DNA from: Macrostomum hystrix
Taxonomy: Eukaryota > Animalia > Platyhelminthes
Assembly: GCA_950097015.1 (NCBI GenBank)
Contig: CATNEN010000012.1
Location: 2,852,001 to 2,916,000 of the forward strand
Direction: 5' to 3'
Length of the DNA: 64,000 nt
Below are positions 26,940-40,200 of the stretch, piece after piece. The position numbers and the translations under genes were made by a program. The first letter of the stretch is position 1. Every line of letters starts with the position of its first letter. A model generated the notes under the pieces. The model saw only the letters and a program-made list of their open reading frames with translations, was not told the DNA's origin and searched no databases.

Positions 26940-27874
26940 GAAATTCCAGGATGAAAAAATCCCAATATCATAAAATCCGCATTGTCCCAACATCCTCAAA
27001 TAGGCATTTTTATCTCTAAATTCTCTAATATCTAAATCGGAAATGCCATAAAACGTTACAAACTTTTCAAAATTAGCTCGTAAGTCAATGGAAAGCTCGA
27101 TTTTCTCAGATTTCTATAAAACGCACCTAGCATTGAACACACTACCCAATTAAACTGCCTAGCATCTACGCTGGTTTTAGGCTCAATTTCTCACTAGTTT
27201 CCCGGTGGCAACCAAATCGTTGGGATCAAGGATGCGTTACAGGAAAAGGCTAATTGTTTTCCACTTGGCTACCGAATAGAAAACTACTCGAAATTCGAGG
27301 GAGACAATCATTTTTTACAAAAACTTCTCCCTGTCTCACCGCCATTCGTCGATATCGAACGAGGATCTGTGGAACTGTGAGTACGCGTTAATAGGGGAAC
27401 AAGGACTCCACACACTCCAAGGCTAATTGGCATCGAGTGGAGTTGGGTCTGGCATGCAGGAGTCTGTGAGTGTGAGATCAGCTCAAGTGATCGGCCTGAA
27501 GTGTGCGCTCTTGTGTGTCGGACGGTTGAACAAATTGGCTCCTCCGAACACTGAAGGTGCCATTCCTACCTTAGAGACGGTTGAAAAGTGTTTTTTTCTA
27601 ATTTCATACACGCGTAAGCTTTCCGAAGGCGCTTTTTGAAGATATCTTCGACCTTGATGGGACCAAAAAATAGGACGGGGCTCCTAAGCAACTACGCCCG
27701 CTCAGTAAAGCAACTGAGTAGCTACGAGTACTTGTACTTACTGATCGGCAGGTGGTCTGACACTAATGAGGCATTAAGTAGGTTAGAAATAGGAAATTAT
27801 AATAGAAGGCTTGTACGAAGAGTGAGAGGAAGACAGGTAGCTTGGGATAAGGAGAGGTAGATTGTGATGGGAGG

Positions 27875-28290
27875 TGTAGAGTGAGAGGAGAGGTGGAGTG
27901 AGAGGAGAGATAGTGAGATTGAGAGGAAGTTTAGAGTGAGAGTAAGAGATGTAGAGTGAGAGTAAGAGATGTAGAGTGAGAGTAGGAGATGTAGAGTGAG
28001 AGTAAGATATGTAGAGTGAGAGTAGGAGATGTAGAGTGAGAGTAAGATATGTAGAGTGAGAGTAGGAGATGTAGAGTGAGAGTAGGAGATGTAGAGTGAG
28101 AGTAGGAGATGTAGAGTGAGAGTAGCAGATGTAGAGTGAGAGTAGCAGATGTAGAGTGAGAGTAGGAGATTTAGAGTGAGAGTAGCAGATGTAGAGTGAG
28201 AGTAGGAGATGTAGAGTGAGAGTAGCAGATGTAGAGTGAGAGTAGGAGATGTAGAGTGAGAGTAGGAGATGTAGAGTGAGAGTAAGAGAT
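27875..28290. repeat. 20-bp minisatellite (GTAGAGTGAGAGTAGGAGAT)
   Basis: About 20 tandem units. Confidence 0.95.
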
Positions 28291-29506
28291 GTGAGGATGG
28301 GATGAGGGAACATAAATTAATTTTTCACGTGGCACTGTTAAAGTTTGTAACGCGTATTTTGCCGACAGCAGTATGTTCCGTACATCATCCATAAAGAGCA
28401 GAAATAAATATTCTGTTCAAGCGCTGAAATGAAATGAGGAAGTCGCATATACTTTCCCTAGCTCTCCCCTCCCTGTTGTCTTTTCGTTGGCCTGGAGCTG
28501 GTATTGCGGAGAAACAGAATCATTACTTATATATACTAGCTATTGTTATAATGTTTCAGTTCATTCTATAGCAATAATAGGCGATCGCAGGGTAGGCTAT
28601 CCATAATATGCAATATCATCTGGGGGGTGGGTGGGTGGTTACAGCCGGCCAGAAGAGGATCCACCAGTTATTTTCTAATATCATTTTTTATGAAAAGGGG
28701 AAGTTTATAGGCGCGGACAATGGCCGTGGCGGTGGCGGCGGCGTCAGTTGAATAGGGAGAGAAAGCGGGATCTCTTCTAGAGGAAAAATGGTGAGTGAGT
28801 GTGTGTTTGCGGGAACAAGGCAGCGAGTGAGGGGAGAAAATGGTAAAGCTATACCAGCATGCTACTCTTGGTCGCTTTGAGCTGGCATTTTTACGCCTGA
28901 ATTATTAGGCTATATTGCAGCCTTAAAACTGCAGGTTCAACTTTGTTGAGGATTTAAGACTTGAAAAAAATGGGAAGCAAATTGACTTGCTGGCTGGATG
29001 CGGGCTTCCATGAGACAAATGCGAACTCCGATTGCAAAGCTTTTTTTACGCCCAGTCGTCAGAACTGTCAGATCCCATAATATATAAATATATCAATAGA
29101 TATAGCGATCTATTTCTGTCACAGCTAAACATAAAACTAGCTTTTAAAACTTGAATCCGCTATTGGTTGTTATCCATCAGCTGTATAGGAGGGGAAATAT
29201 ATTTTTATGGTTTGTGATCGGACTGGCAAATGATCATCACGGATGGAGAAATATATTTTTTGTTGCGTTTTTTTTTCTAATCAATTTGGGGATATTTCTG
29301 CCACCTGACCAGCACAGCTCTGGCAACACCTCTCCAATTTGGTTAATTACCAGCAACTGGTGCTGGTCCATTGCTGCTAGCTGAGACTGGGATACAGATG
29401 AGTCAACTCATCACATTTTCCTCACTTGCAATTCTTCACTTTATTAGGTGTAGTAAATCCACTAAATAAGCTTTTGTACTGGGTAGCAGAGCCAACCCTG
29501 CGACGG

Positions 29507-29973
29507 GGAGAGAGTGAACTGCCTAGGAGTGACCCACTGGAGAGAGTGAACTGCCAAGGAGTGACCCAGTGGAGAGAGTGAACTGCCAAGTAGTGACCCA
29601 CTGGAGAGAGTAAACTGCCAAGGAGTGACCCAGTGGAGAGAGTGAACTGCCTAGGAGTGACCCACTGGAGAGAGTAAACTGCCAAGGAGTGACCCACTGG
29701 AGAGAGTGAACTGCCGAAGAGTGACACCCACTGGAGAGAGTGAACTGCCAAGGAGTGACCCACTGGAGAGAGTGAACTGCCAAGTAGTGACCCACTGGAG
29801 AGAGTGAACTGCCAAGGAGTGACCCAGTGGAGAGAGTGAACTGCCAAGGAGTGACCCAGTGGAGAGAGTGAACTGCCGAAGAGTGACCCAGTGGAGAGAG
29901 TGAACTGCCGAAGAGTGACCCAGTGGAGAGAGTGAACTGCCGAAGAGTGACAGCCACTGGAGAGAGTGAACTG
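29507..29973. repeat. 32-bp minisatellite (GTGACCCACTGGAGAGAGTGAACTGCCAAGGA)
   Basis: About 14 tandem units. Confidence 0.95.
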
Positions 29974-30586
29974 ACTCCCTCCCAAGTCTAAGATAGTGAA
30001 CTTAGCACTGGAAAAGTTTTTTCAATTTGCAAAGATTTTGTTGCAAGCTGAACAGCCCAGGACCAGAACATCCTTGTTAGTGCGCGATAAGTAAATTATT
30101 TTCACTGGTGGCCCACAGCGGTGTCCGAGTATAAAATCAGAGTAAATGACTAAATAGATTCTATTTGCTGCAGAAAAGGGTATGAATGAAACGGTTCTCA
30201 ACTCAATTAGTTGTCATGCCTTATCAGTGAAGTTCTTCAGCCAGCTAGAAAACAAAACTACCCAAGATAACTGAGCAGGCCAAAGCAGGTGCTTTTATTT
30301 CCCTTTTTCTTATCTCGCGTCCTCAGTGTTTTGCTACTACTAGCTAACTTCAGATTCCTAGCAAGTGAAGTGGCCGTGAGTTTACTTCCACCGGCACAAC
30401 TTTTCAGGGGGGCGTATGCCTTTTTATCGAATTCGCATAAGGGAAGTTATAGAAAAAGTTTGCCTTATCATGCAGCAAAGTGTTTCTGCGTGTAGAAATC
30501 TCAAAATCAACGGTCTGCCCCGTCCTGCTTGAGAATTTTTTCTTAACTTCCCATTTTTAGATTTCCTTCAAATTCGAAGTTCGGAC

Positions 30587-30880
30587 ATTTGTACAGTTTT
30601 GGGTTTTGTACAGTTTAGGGTTTGTACAGTTTTGGGTTTTGTACAGTTTTGGGTTTGTACAGTTTAGGGTTTGTACAGTTTTGGGTTTTGTACAGTTTTG
30701 GGTTTGTACAGTATCGGATTTGTACAATTTCGGGTTTGTACAATTTCGGGTTTGAAGATATTCGGATTTGTACAGTTTTGTGTTTGTACAGTTTTGTGTT
30801 TGTACAGTTTTGTGTTTGTACAGTTTTGTGTTTGTACAGTTTTGGGTTTTTCAGTTTTGGGTTTGTGTAGTTTCGGGTTT
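30587..30880. repeat. 16-17-bp minisatellite (TTTGTACAGTTTTGGG)
   Basis: About 18 tandem units. Confidence 0.93.
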
Positions 30881-31317
30881 GCTGAGATGAGATTCGGGTT
30901 TTTTAATTAGGTTTTGTAGACTTCCGTATTTTCTTCTGCAATTCCTGAATGTTTTAGATTAGTTTAAGCCATTGCACTGTCTCTCTCTGTAAGTGAAACA
31001 AAAAGCAACGAAAAAAACCGCGCGAGAACGCACAGCCCGCTAGTGGAAGAAGATTGTATTGAGTAAGTATAACTTTTTACGTTGCAGGTATTTTTACTCA
31101 CGACAAAAGCCGCAGTGGCTTATCTTATCTCTAGTCTGAGCTCGATTCTCTCAGCGACCTGGCTGAGAGTTCCCGCTAAAATCACAGCCCAGGCAAATTT
31201 CACGAATAGAAAGCCTGTGTCTGACTTCATATTCGAAAACTTTTGACTCACCACTAGAGACATTGCTTCGTGTACAACTTCACCTAGCCCATTCACACAG
31301 TTCTAAGCCTAGGTGAT

Positions 31318-32070
31318 TAAGGAAGTGGATTAAGAGAGAGAGAAGGAAGCGGATTAAGAGGGAGAGAAGGAAGTGGATTAAGTGGGAGAGAAGGAAGTGG
31401 ATTAAGAGAGAGAGAAGGAAGCGGATTAAGAGGGAGAGAAGGAAGTGGACTAAGAGAGAGAGAAGGAAGTGGATTAAGTGGGAGAGAAGGAAGTGGATTA
31501 AGTGGGAGAGAAGGAAGCGGATTTAAGAGAGAGAGAAGGAAGCGGATTAAGTGGGAGAGTAGGAAGCGGATTAAGTGGGAGAGAAGGAAGCGGATTTAAG
31601 AGAGAGAGAAGGAAGCGGATTAAGTGGGAGAGAAGGAAGTGGATTAAGTGGGAGAGAAGGAAGCGGATTAAGTGGGAGAGAAGGAAGCGGATTTAAGAGA
31701 GAGAGAAGGAAGCGGATTAAGTGGGAGAGTAGGAAGCGGATTAAGAGAGAGAGAAGGAAGTGGATTAAGAGGGAGAGAAGGAAGTGGATTAAGAGAGAGA
31801 GAAGGAAGCGGACTAAGAGAGAGAGAAGGAAGTGGATTAAGTGGGAGAGAAGGAAGTGGATTAAGTGGGAGAGTAGGAAGCGGATTAAGAGAGAGAGAAG
31901 GAAGTGGATTAAGTGGGAGAGAAGGAAGCGGATTAAGAGGGAGAGAAGGAAGCGAATTAAGAGGGAGAGAAGGAAGCGGATTAAAAGGGAGAGAAGGAAG
32001 CGGATTAAGAGGGAGAGAAGGAAGCGAATTAAGAGGGAGAGAAGGAAGCGGATTAAAAGGGAGAGAAGTT
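31318..32070. repeat. 24-bp purine-rich minisatellite (AAGAGGGAGAGAAGGAAGCGGATT)
   Basis: About 31 tandem units. Confidence 0.95.
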
Positions 32071-33384
32071 AGTGGATTTGGGGGATTTGGGAGAGAGGAA
32101 GAATTGGACTAAGTGGGGTTTAGGAACCGTATTAAGAGGGATTTGGGAAGAGAGGGAAGGAAGTGGTGAAGGATTGGAATTTGGGGTTTATGAGCTTAGT
32201 GGCTACTTTGAGCTTATAAAAAGCTTTAAGTTATTTTTCAAGGCCCGAAAAAAGCAAAAAAACTCACAGATGCCGTGCAGCAGCTCAGACCTGACTGCCG
32301 TGTCACAATGAATGTCGGGTGACTCTCGATGATCACTAACTGCCGGCTGCATGTTTTTCGCTCTCTCGCTTCTCTCCTTGTTGTGTGGCCGGGGTGTCCT
32401 CTCTTATAAGCTTAGTGAGAGAGAGAGAATGAGCAATCTGGTGCAGATAATAAGGCGGTCCATATGAGCAACAAACGGTTGTGGTGGAGTGGGCCAATAA
32501 ATAAAGCCGAAACAAGCGCGCCGTGCTGATAAGAAGAGAAATTTGGAGCCCAGAGACCCTTGCTGCTCCCAGGTCTTCCCCTAGAGCGGGAGAAACCCGT
32601 GCGTGCACCTATAGTTCGCTGTTCCTCTACTTCCCAATTGAAGCAGAGCAAGTTAATTAAAGCCATAGAGTGAGTCGAAAATAAAAAATCGACCGAGTGA
32701 GAACCAGCTCCGGCCTTATCAGTGCAAATATTTGTTGAAACTGTTGGGTGACTTTCGCAGTAACTCCCGCCCCAATCTCAAACTCTTCCAACGACCAGCC
32801 GCCGCGAGCTGCGTCTCAAACGGATGTTTCTAGCACAGATGACGAGTAAATGGACAGAAAAGAGAAACAGTGCCACAGTGGCCGGACCCCCCGCCATACA
32901 GCCTTATCTACAAATTGGGATTTGCTTAACTGTCGGCAAATTTCGTGCCGAGAGATAAGGGGCCGGAGTTTTTTGATATATTGCTTCAAATTGTGAGCTG
33001 GCCGAGTAAAAGGGCTCGTTGTGCAAATATGGGAAAATCTGATCGAAATCCTCGCTGGCCCCAAATAAAATCCTCATTCGTATCTCTGCTTAGCTCTCTG
33101 TTGCAGTTTAAGCATAGAAAATACTTCCAATAGAATCAAATCCCAAAGCGGCGATAACCTTTTAAACAACAGAAATAGCTAATGATTGATTTGCTATTTG
33201 ACCTCTGCGGCTACGTTGGCATTTGTAGCATGCAGGTATGACTAGAATTAATGTCACACTGACTCAAATACTGTCAAGAATAGCCGACAGAGAAATTATA
33301 TTCGACGATTGAATTTAATGGGGTAAAAATGTAAAAATGATAACTTAAAAATATAATGAGCCATCAAGAGAGGATGATAAAGGG

Positions 33385-34605
33385 AAGAGAGAATGAGAAG
33401 GGAAGGAGGGGGTGAGAAGGGAAGGAGGGGATGAGAAGGGAGGGAGGGGATGAGAAGGGAAGGAGGGGATGAGAAGGGAAGGAGGGGGTGAGAAGGGAAG
33501 GAGGGGATGAGAAGGGAGGGAGGGGGTGAGAAGGGAAGGAGGGGATGAGAAGGGAGGGAGGGGATGAGAAGGGAAGGAGGGGATGAGAATGGAAAGTGAC
33601 AATGAGAAGGGAAGGAGGGGATGAGAAGGGAAGGAGGGGGTGAGAAGGGAAGGAGGGGATGAGAAGGGAGGGAGGGGATGAGAAGGGAAGGAGGGGATGA
33701 GAAGGGAAAGAGGGGATGAGAAGGGAAAGAGGGGATGAGAAGGGAAGGAGGGGATGAGAATGGAAAGTGACAATGAGAAGGGAAAGAGGGGTTGAGAAGG
33801 GAAAGAGGGGATGAGAAGGGAAAGAGGGGATGAGAAGGGAAGGAGGGGATGAGAATGGAAAGTGACAATGAGAAGGGAAGGAGGGGATGAGAATGGAAAG
33901 TGACAATGAGAAGGGAAGGAGGGGATGAGAATGGAAAGTGACAATGAGAAGGGAAGGAGGGGATGAGAATGGAAGGAGGGGATGAGAAGAGAAAGAGGGG
34001 ATGAGAAGGGAAGGAGGGGATGAGAATGGAAGGTGACAATGAGAAGGGAAGGAGGGGATGAGAAGGGAAGGAGGGGATGAGAAGGGAAGGATGGGATGAG
34101 AAGGGAAGGAGGGGATGAGAAGGGAAAGAGGGGATGAGAAGGGAAGGAGGGGATGAGAAGGGAAAGAGGGGATGAGAAGGGAAAGAGGGGATGCGAAGGG
34201 AGGGAGGGGATGAGAAGGGAAGGAGGGGATGAGAAGGGAAAGAGGGGATGAGAAGGGAAGGAGGGGATGAGAAGGGAAGGATGGGATTAGAAGGGAGGGA
34301 GGTGATGAGAAGGGAAGGAGGGGATGAGAAGGGAAGGAGGGGATGAGAATGGAAGGAGGGGATGAGAAGGGAAGGAGGGGATGAGAAGGGAGGGAGGGGA
34401 TGAGAAGGGAAGGAGGGGATGAGAAGGAAGGAGGGGATGAGAAGGGAAGGAGGGGATGAGAAGGGAAGGAGGGGATGAGAAGGGAAGGAGGGGATGAGAA
34501 GGGAAGGAGGGGATGAGAAGGGAAGGAGGGGATGAGAAGGGAGGGAGGTGATGAGAAGGGAAGGAGGGGATGAGAAGGGAAGGAGGGGATGAGAAGGGAA
34601 GGAGG
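33385..34605. repeat. 19-bp purine-rich minisatellite (GGGGATGAGAAGGGAAGGA)
   Basis: About 60 units, with a recurrent GGAAAGTGACAATGAGAA variant in the left half. Confidence 0.96.
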
Positions 34606-35480
34606 GTATTTGTTAGATTTGTATTTTAGATTTCAGGAAAAGTTAACCAGCTGATGTCGGCCTACTAGGTTTAAAAGAAGAAAAGCAAAGAACAATATCA
34701 GAATCTACTGCAGCATTTGCGTCATTGACCCATTGAAGACGAGACGGGCACTTGCAAAAGAAGATCTCTTATCTCTTCAGATATTGTGTTATATTAGCAT
34801 CTTGCATTGTTCATTCTCTTTCACCTTCTCTTTTCTGCTATTTTTAAGAACAACAGAGCCTCACAAGTCTGTGGCACAACCCCCCGGTAATACAGCTACA
34901 GAATCTGCATTAGAAATCTCATTTAGTTTGTCAAGTGGCCATGCTTCACCTGTTGCCCATTCCGACAATGCGCCAGTGCCTTATAGCCAATATAATAGAA
35001 AATTAAAAATGCAGTTCTATAGAAAGAGAAAATTGGCAAACGAAACTGTCAATTTGCGACGACCTCCCGCTGAGAAAATTTACTCATTATCTAACAGGTA
35101 GGAATGACCCGCTGCTGCATGGTCTAGTTGCTAGCCGCTATTCCTCTCCTGATGAATGCTGCTCATTTAGCAAGCTACTTTGCTTTTCAGATGCTAAGTC
35201 GGTATTATGGTAATGGTGTATGCAGTAAAAGAGAAAATGAGAAAATGCTTCGCAAACACTTCTAAATGAAGCATCTAGTGCTATTGGTGAATTTAGGAAT
35301 TTTAATCGGCAATTGTTCCAATTAGAGATGTAGAAAATACTGACCAAACGTCACTCAATCTAATAAGTTGCAAAACATTAGGCGATCGTGCTGTCACGGA
35401 CACGGTAGTCTATAATAACACTTGTACTGAAATTCCAAAATATTCCTCTGATGGAAAATTTTTATATGGAGGCAGCATTA

Positions 35481-36510
35481 CGAGGGGCATTCAAAAAGTT
35501 TTGGCAACTGGTCTACTATTCAAAAACAGTAACTGCAAAAAACAACTGAACATGTTACAATCCTTCAATGTAGTCTCCCCCTCTCTCAATGCACTTTTGG
35601 TGCCGCCGAATCCATGCTTCGAATGCGCCACGGTACTACCGGAGTAGAAGCTAGCGTTCACATTCTGGTCCATTAGGCACCATTATGACGGCCACGGGCC
35701 CAGATGTGCTGATGAAGAGGACGAACATCTCCTTCCGGGACCGAAAGCTGGACCGCAGGACAGTCGGCCTCGCGTCTCCAGAGCCCACCCAGGCCTTGTT
35801 CTGCATCTTCTGGGGCACTTGAAAATAAAAAAACCATTTCTCATCACCTGTAACGACGTCGGAAAGCCTCTGGCTGCCTCCTGGACCGAAGTTGCGCAGG
35901 AATTCCTGGCTGCACCGCACCCTCTCCATCTTCTGCTCTTCTGTCAGGAGGTGGGGCACCCAGCGGGCGGTGACCTTGCGGAGGCCCAGGTGGCTGTGCA
36001 GGATGATGTGCGCACTGCCATCGGAAATACCGACAGTCTCGCTAATCACAGCGACGGTAATGTTTGGATCCTCGTCCACCAGAGTCCTGACAGCAGCGAT
36101 GTTGGCTTCGGTCACAGCTGTGCTGGGTCGTCCAGACCGGGGGTCTTCGTTCAAGGAGTTTCGTCCGGCGTTGATGGACTCTATCCACCTGGCGACCGTG
36201 CGATAGGAAGGGGCTTGGTCCCCGACTACCTGGACCAGGTCTGCATGGATTTTGACCGCGCTTTCTCCGAGTCGTGAGCGCATGAAAACGTAGAATCGCC
36301 ACTGGTCTGGTTGCACTGGCTCCATTTTTGACAGAGTGTAAAACACCACCTTGCGTTGGCCACGCGGAAGTATAACACATTCGAGTGGAGAAAGTCATAC
36401 TCTATGGTTAAAACCAATATGTCTGCGATTTCGTAAAAAAATTAAACGCTTTGTGATGTGTACTTTTGGAGATATTGGGTCAGTTGCCAAAACTTTTTGA
36501 ATGCCCCTCG
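35481..36510 (-). mobile_element. Tc1/mariner DNA transposon (mariner family, probably irritans-like), internally deleted and non-autonomous
   Basis: Perfect 30-bp TIRs CGAGGGGCATTCAAAAAGTTTTGGCAACTG (35481-35510 and 36481-36510), each flanked by TA (target duplication). Length is 1030 bp versus ~1.3 kb for typical mariners. Confidence 0.96.
35651..36325 (-). pseudogene. Truncated mariner transposase (224 aa)
   Basis: HTH region, DPRSGRP, WVPHLL and the first catalytic Asp (VTGDEKW) are present. A frameshift follows VIMVP. NVNASFYS is joined almost directly to the C-terminal AFEAWIRRHQKCIERGGDYIEGL, so the second and third Asp regions (HDNA/YSPDL) are deleted. Confidence 0.9.
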
Positions 36511-37234
36511 TATCTATTCATCAAGTAGACTATATAGCTACACTATTTTATAAGAAAATCAACTTTCTACATTGACACCGAGAAATTTGTCAAAGCAATC
36601 TACTTTTAGGCACCCATATACGACTAAGTCTACTGTGAGTAGCAGATTGTAGGCTTGTGTTAATAATTTATCTTAAAATGCATTAATTATCTAAAGAAGA
36701 AGACAGTCGATGGTTTGCAAAGTTTAAAGAATGAGCAGCAGAATCTTATTGTTGACTGAAATTCGGAATTAAAGTTTCCGAAAATTACAGACTCCACTCC
36801 CGGCCTTCCTGTTTTGGCACTGTACACCCGAGCAGTCATCGTACACTGAAAGCGCTCAAATTGAATGTACATTCACGACCCCCCACGCGGTTGAATGTAC
36901 GCATGAGCAAAGGAAAATGGGGTTGTTGGTGGAGAGAGGATGGATTTTTCTCTCCCGTGCCGCCGTCCCGGCCAAGGCCGTGCTCGCCTTGGCTTTAATA
37001 GTATGGCATCTACTGTTCCATTTATAGCTTTACATTCCTTCCTAGGTTTAGTTAGAATAAAGAAATGGTCTCAATATTTAGTTCAACCATTATCTTCCCT
37101 TAGCGCATAGGGTTAGTGAGCGCTGCATTGCCTTAGAAGACATAAAATAGACTAATGAGTGTCAGAGGTTAAAGCAAATCTGAGCCATTGAAAGTAGATT
37201 GAAAGTAGCCTGCAGGCAACAATCCAAGAAGAAC

Positions 37235-40200
37235 ATGACGACAACCAGGGCTAGAAAGGCCACACCGGCGTCTAAGGAGTTGAAAATTTTGCACTTTAAC
37301 GATGTCTACAACATAGAATCAGCCGGACACATCGGCGGCGCGGCTAGATTTGTCACAGCGCTGAGGTCGTACTCAACCGATGTGCAACCCTTGGTGCTAT
37401 TCTCTGGCGACGTGTTCAGCCCGTCCACCATTAGCACTGTTACACGCGGCCAGCACCTAGTTCAGGTGTTGAAAGCATGCAAAATTGACGCCGCCTGTTT
37501 TGGCAATCACGACTTCGACTTCGGCGTAGACAATCTGGTTCAGTGCAGCCAGGCCACGGGTTTTCCCTGGCTCCTGTCCAACATTATCGACAGGGAGACA
37601 GGGGCACCCCTAGCCGACGGCAAGGAGAGCGTCTGCATCGACCACGCGGCCTCCGGACTGCGCGTCGGCATCATCGGCTTGGTGGAGATGGAATGGGTCG
37701 ACACCCTGTCCACAGTGGACCCGGAGGACATTCGATTCTTTGACTTCTGTACTAGAGGCGACCAGCTCGCCAGCAAGTTGAAGTCTGAGCAGGGCTGCGA
37801 CCTGGTGCTGGCGCTGACTCACATGCGCTGGCCCAACGACAGGAAGCTGGCTAGAGCTACCAAACACATCGATATCATACTCGGTAAGGGCGAGACAGAG
37901 ACAGCGCTAATCTATTACTTATTAGATGACGAGGCTTTCAACTATAAGAACAAGGCTATATTTACTCCCGCTGTTTGTCTAAGGGCCTGTGAAATGACTA
38001 GCACTCGTTTCTGAAGCGCAAGTCAAAAGTTTGTTTTTATACATTTTCTATTTGTAGAGTTATCTTTCCATAATAGTCCCCCCTATAGTTCTCAATGTGG
38101 AGAGTTATCCACCTATTATCTTTGTTAATTGGGAGAATTATCCTCCTTTAATATTCCCGATTGGGAGAATTATCCTCCTTTAATATTCCCAATTGGGAGA
38201 ATTATCCTCCTTTAATATTCCCGATTGGGAGAATTATCCTCCTTTAATATTCCCGATTGGGAGAATTATCCTCCTTTAATATTCCCAATTGGGAGAATTA
38301 TCCTCCTTTAATATTCCCGATTGGGAGAATTATCCTCCTTTAATATTCCCAATTGGGAGAATTATCCTCCTTTAATATTCCCAATTGGGAGAATTATCCT
38401 CATTTAATATTCCCAATTGGGAGAATTATCCTCCTTTAATATTCCCAATTGGGAGAATTATCCTCATTTAATATTCCCAATTGGGAGAATTATCCTCCTT
38501 TAATATTCCCAATTGGGAGAATTATCCTCCTAATATTCTCAACTGGTAGAATCATCATCGTTTACTATTCTCAATAGGGAGAATTATCCTTATTTAATAT
38601 TCCCAATTGGGAGAATTATCCTGCTTTTAATATTCCCAATCGGGAGAATTATCCTCCTAATATTCTCAACTGGTAGAATCATCATCGTTTACTATTCTCA
38701 ATCAGGAGAATTATCCTCATTTAATATTCCCGATTTGGATAATTATCCTCCTTTGATATTCCCGATTGGGAGAATTTCCCATATCCCTATTTTGCAGAAT
38801 TAGATTCTCCTGTCAAATACCCAATCATTGGAATTATCCTACAATCATATATTCTCCATTAGGATAAATATCCTCCTATATATAATACCCTGAGCATTGC
38901 ACCCAATATCCTAATAAAAAACCGACCCAGGCGGACACGATCACAACTACGGCATCGAGTTCATCAACAATCGAGCCATAGTTAAAAGCGGTACAGATTT
39001 TCGTCAGTTCAGCGCCATCACCCTCACAATAGCCGCCGGCGCGCCGATGGAAGTCAAGATTGAAACTGTCGATGTGGACGCTACCCGGTTCAGCGAGGAC
39101 CCCGATGTGGCCAAAGCTGTCGAGGTGCTTAACTGGCTGTTTGGCCACAGTAACATTTTCTAGCCCTTTTCCACTTCTGCCTTACCTGTCCTCGGCTGTC
39201 TGTTCTTAACTGTCTCTCTTTACCTGTCTCTCGTCACCTGTATCTCGTCACCTGTCCGTTCTTATCTGTCTGTTTTTACCTGCCTGTTCTCACCTATCTG
39301 TTCTCACCTGTCTGTTATCGCCTGTCTGATCTCACCTATCTGTTCTCGCCTGTCTATTCTCGCCTGTCTGTTATCGCCTGTCTGTTATCGCCTGTCTGTT
39401 ATTGCCCGTCTGTTCTCACCTGTCTGTTCTCGCCTGTCTGTTCTCGCATGTCTGTTCTCGCCTGTCTGGTATCGCCTGTCTGTTCTCACCTGTCTGTTCC
39501 CGCCTGTCGGGTATCGCCTGTCTGTTCTCGCCTGTCTGTTCTCACCTGTCTTTTCTCGCCTGTCTGTTCTCGCCTGTCGGGTATCGCCTGTCTGTTCTCG
39601 CCTGTCGGGTATCGCCTGTCTGTTCTCTCATTTCCGTCCTCGCTCTCACCTGTCGTGTTCACTTATCCGTGCCGACTGAAAGTGACTCTGCTGCCCCTTT
39701 TCTCGACCCTGTCCCATAGAGCCACGTTGAGAACCTGGAGAAGAGCATGAAGCGAGTGCTGGGCCAGATCGACTGTCCCATGGAGTGCCGCTTCGATCAC
39801 ATTCGCACTCAGGAGACCAACCTGGGCAACTTCATGTGTGACATTGTGCTCACTGCTCTGCAAGCGGACTTTGTACTGGTGAACTCGGGCTCGTTCAGGG
39901 CCGACTGCATCATACCGGCTGGCGACTTCCGGCTGGGCGACCTCAGCCGACTGTTTCCTATGCTGGATCCGCTGGTTGTGCTGGGCATCGACGGCCGCAC
40001 CCTGCTGGCCGCGCTGGAAAATGGAGTCTCTATGTGGCCCGCACTGGAGGGACGCTTTCCACAGGTTCGTTTCCACCCCTTCATCATCCGCCCTTTCATC
40101 ATCCGCCCTTCATCATCCACCCCTTCATCATCCGCCCCTTCATCATCCGCCCTTCATCAGCCGCCCCTTCATCATCCGCCCTTCATCATCCGCCCTTCAA

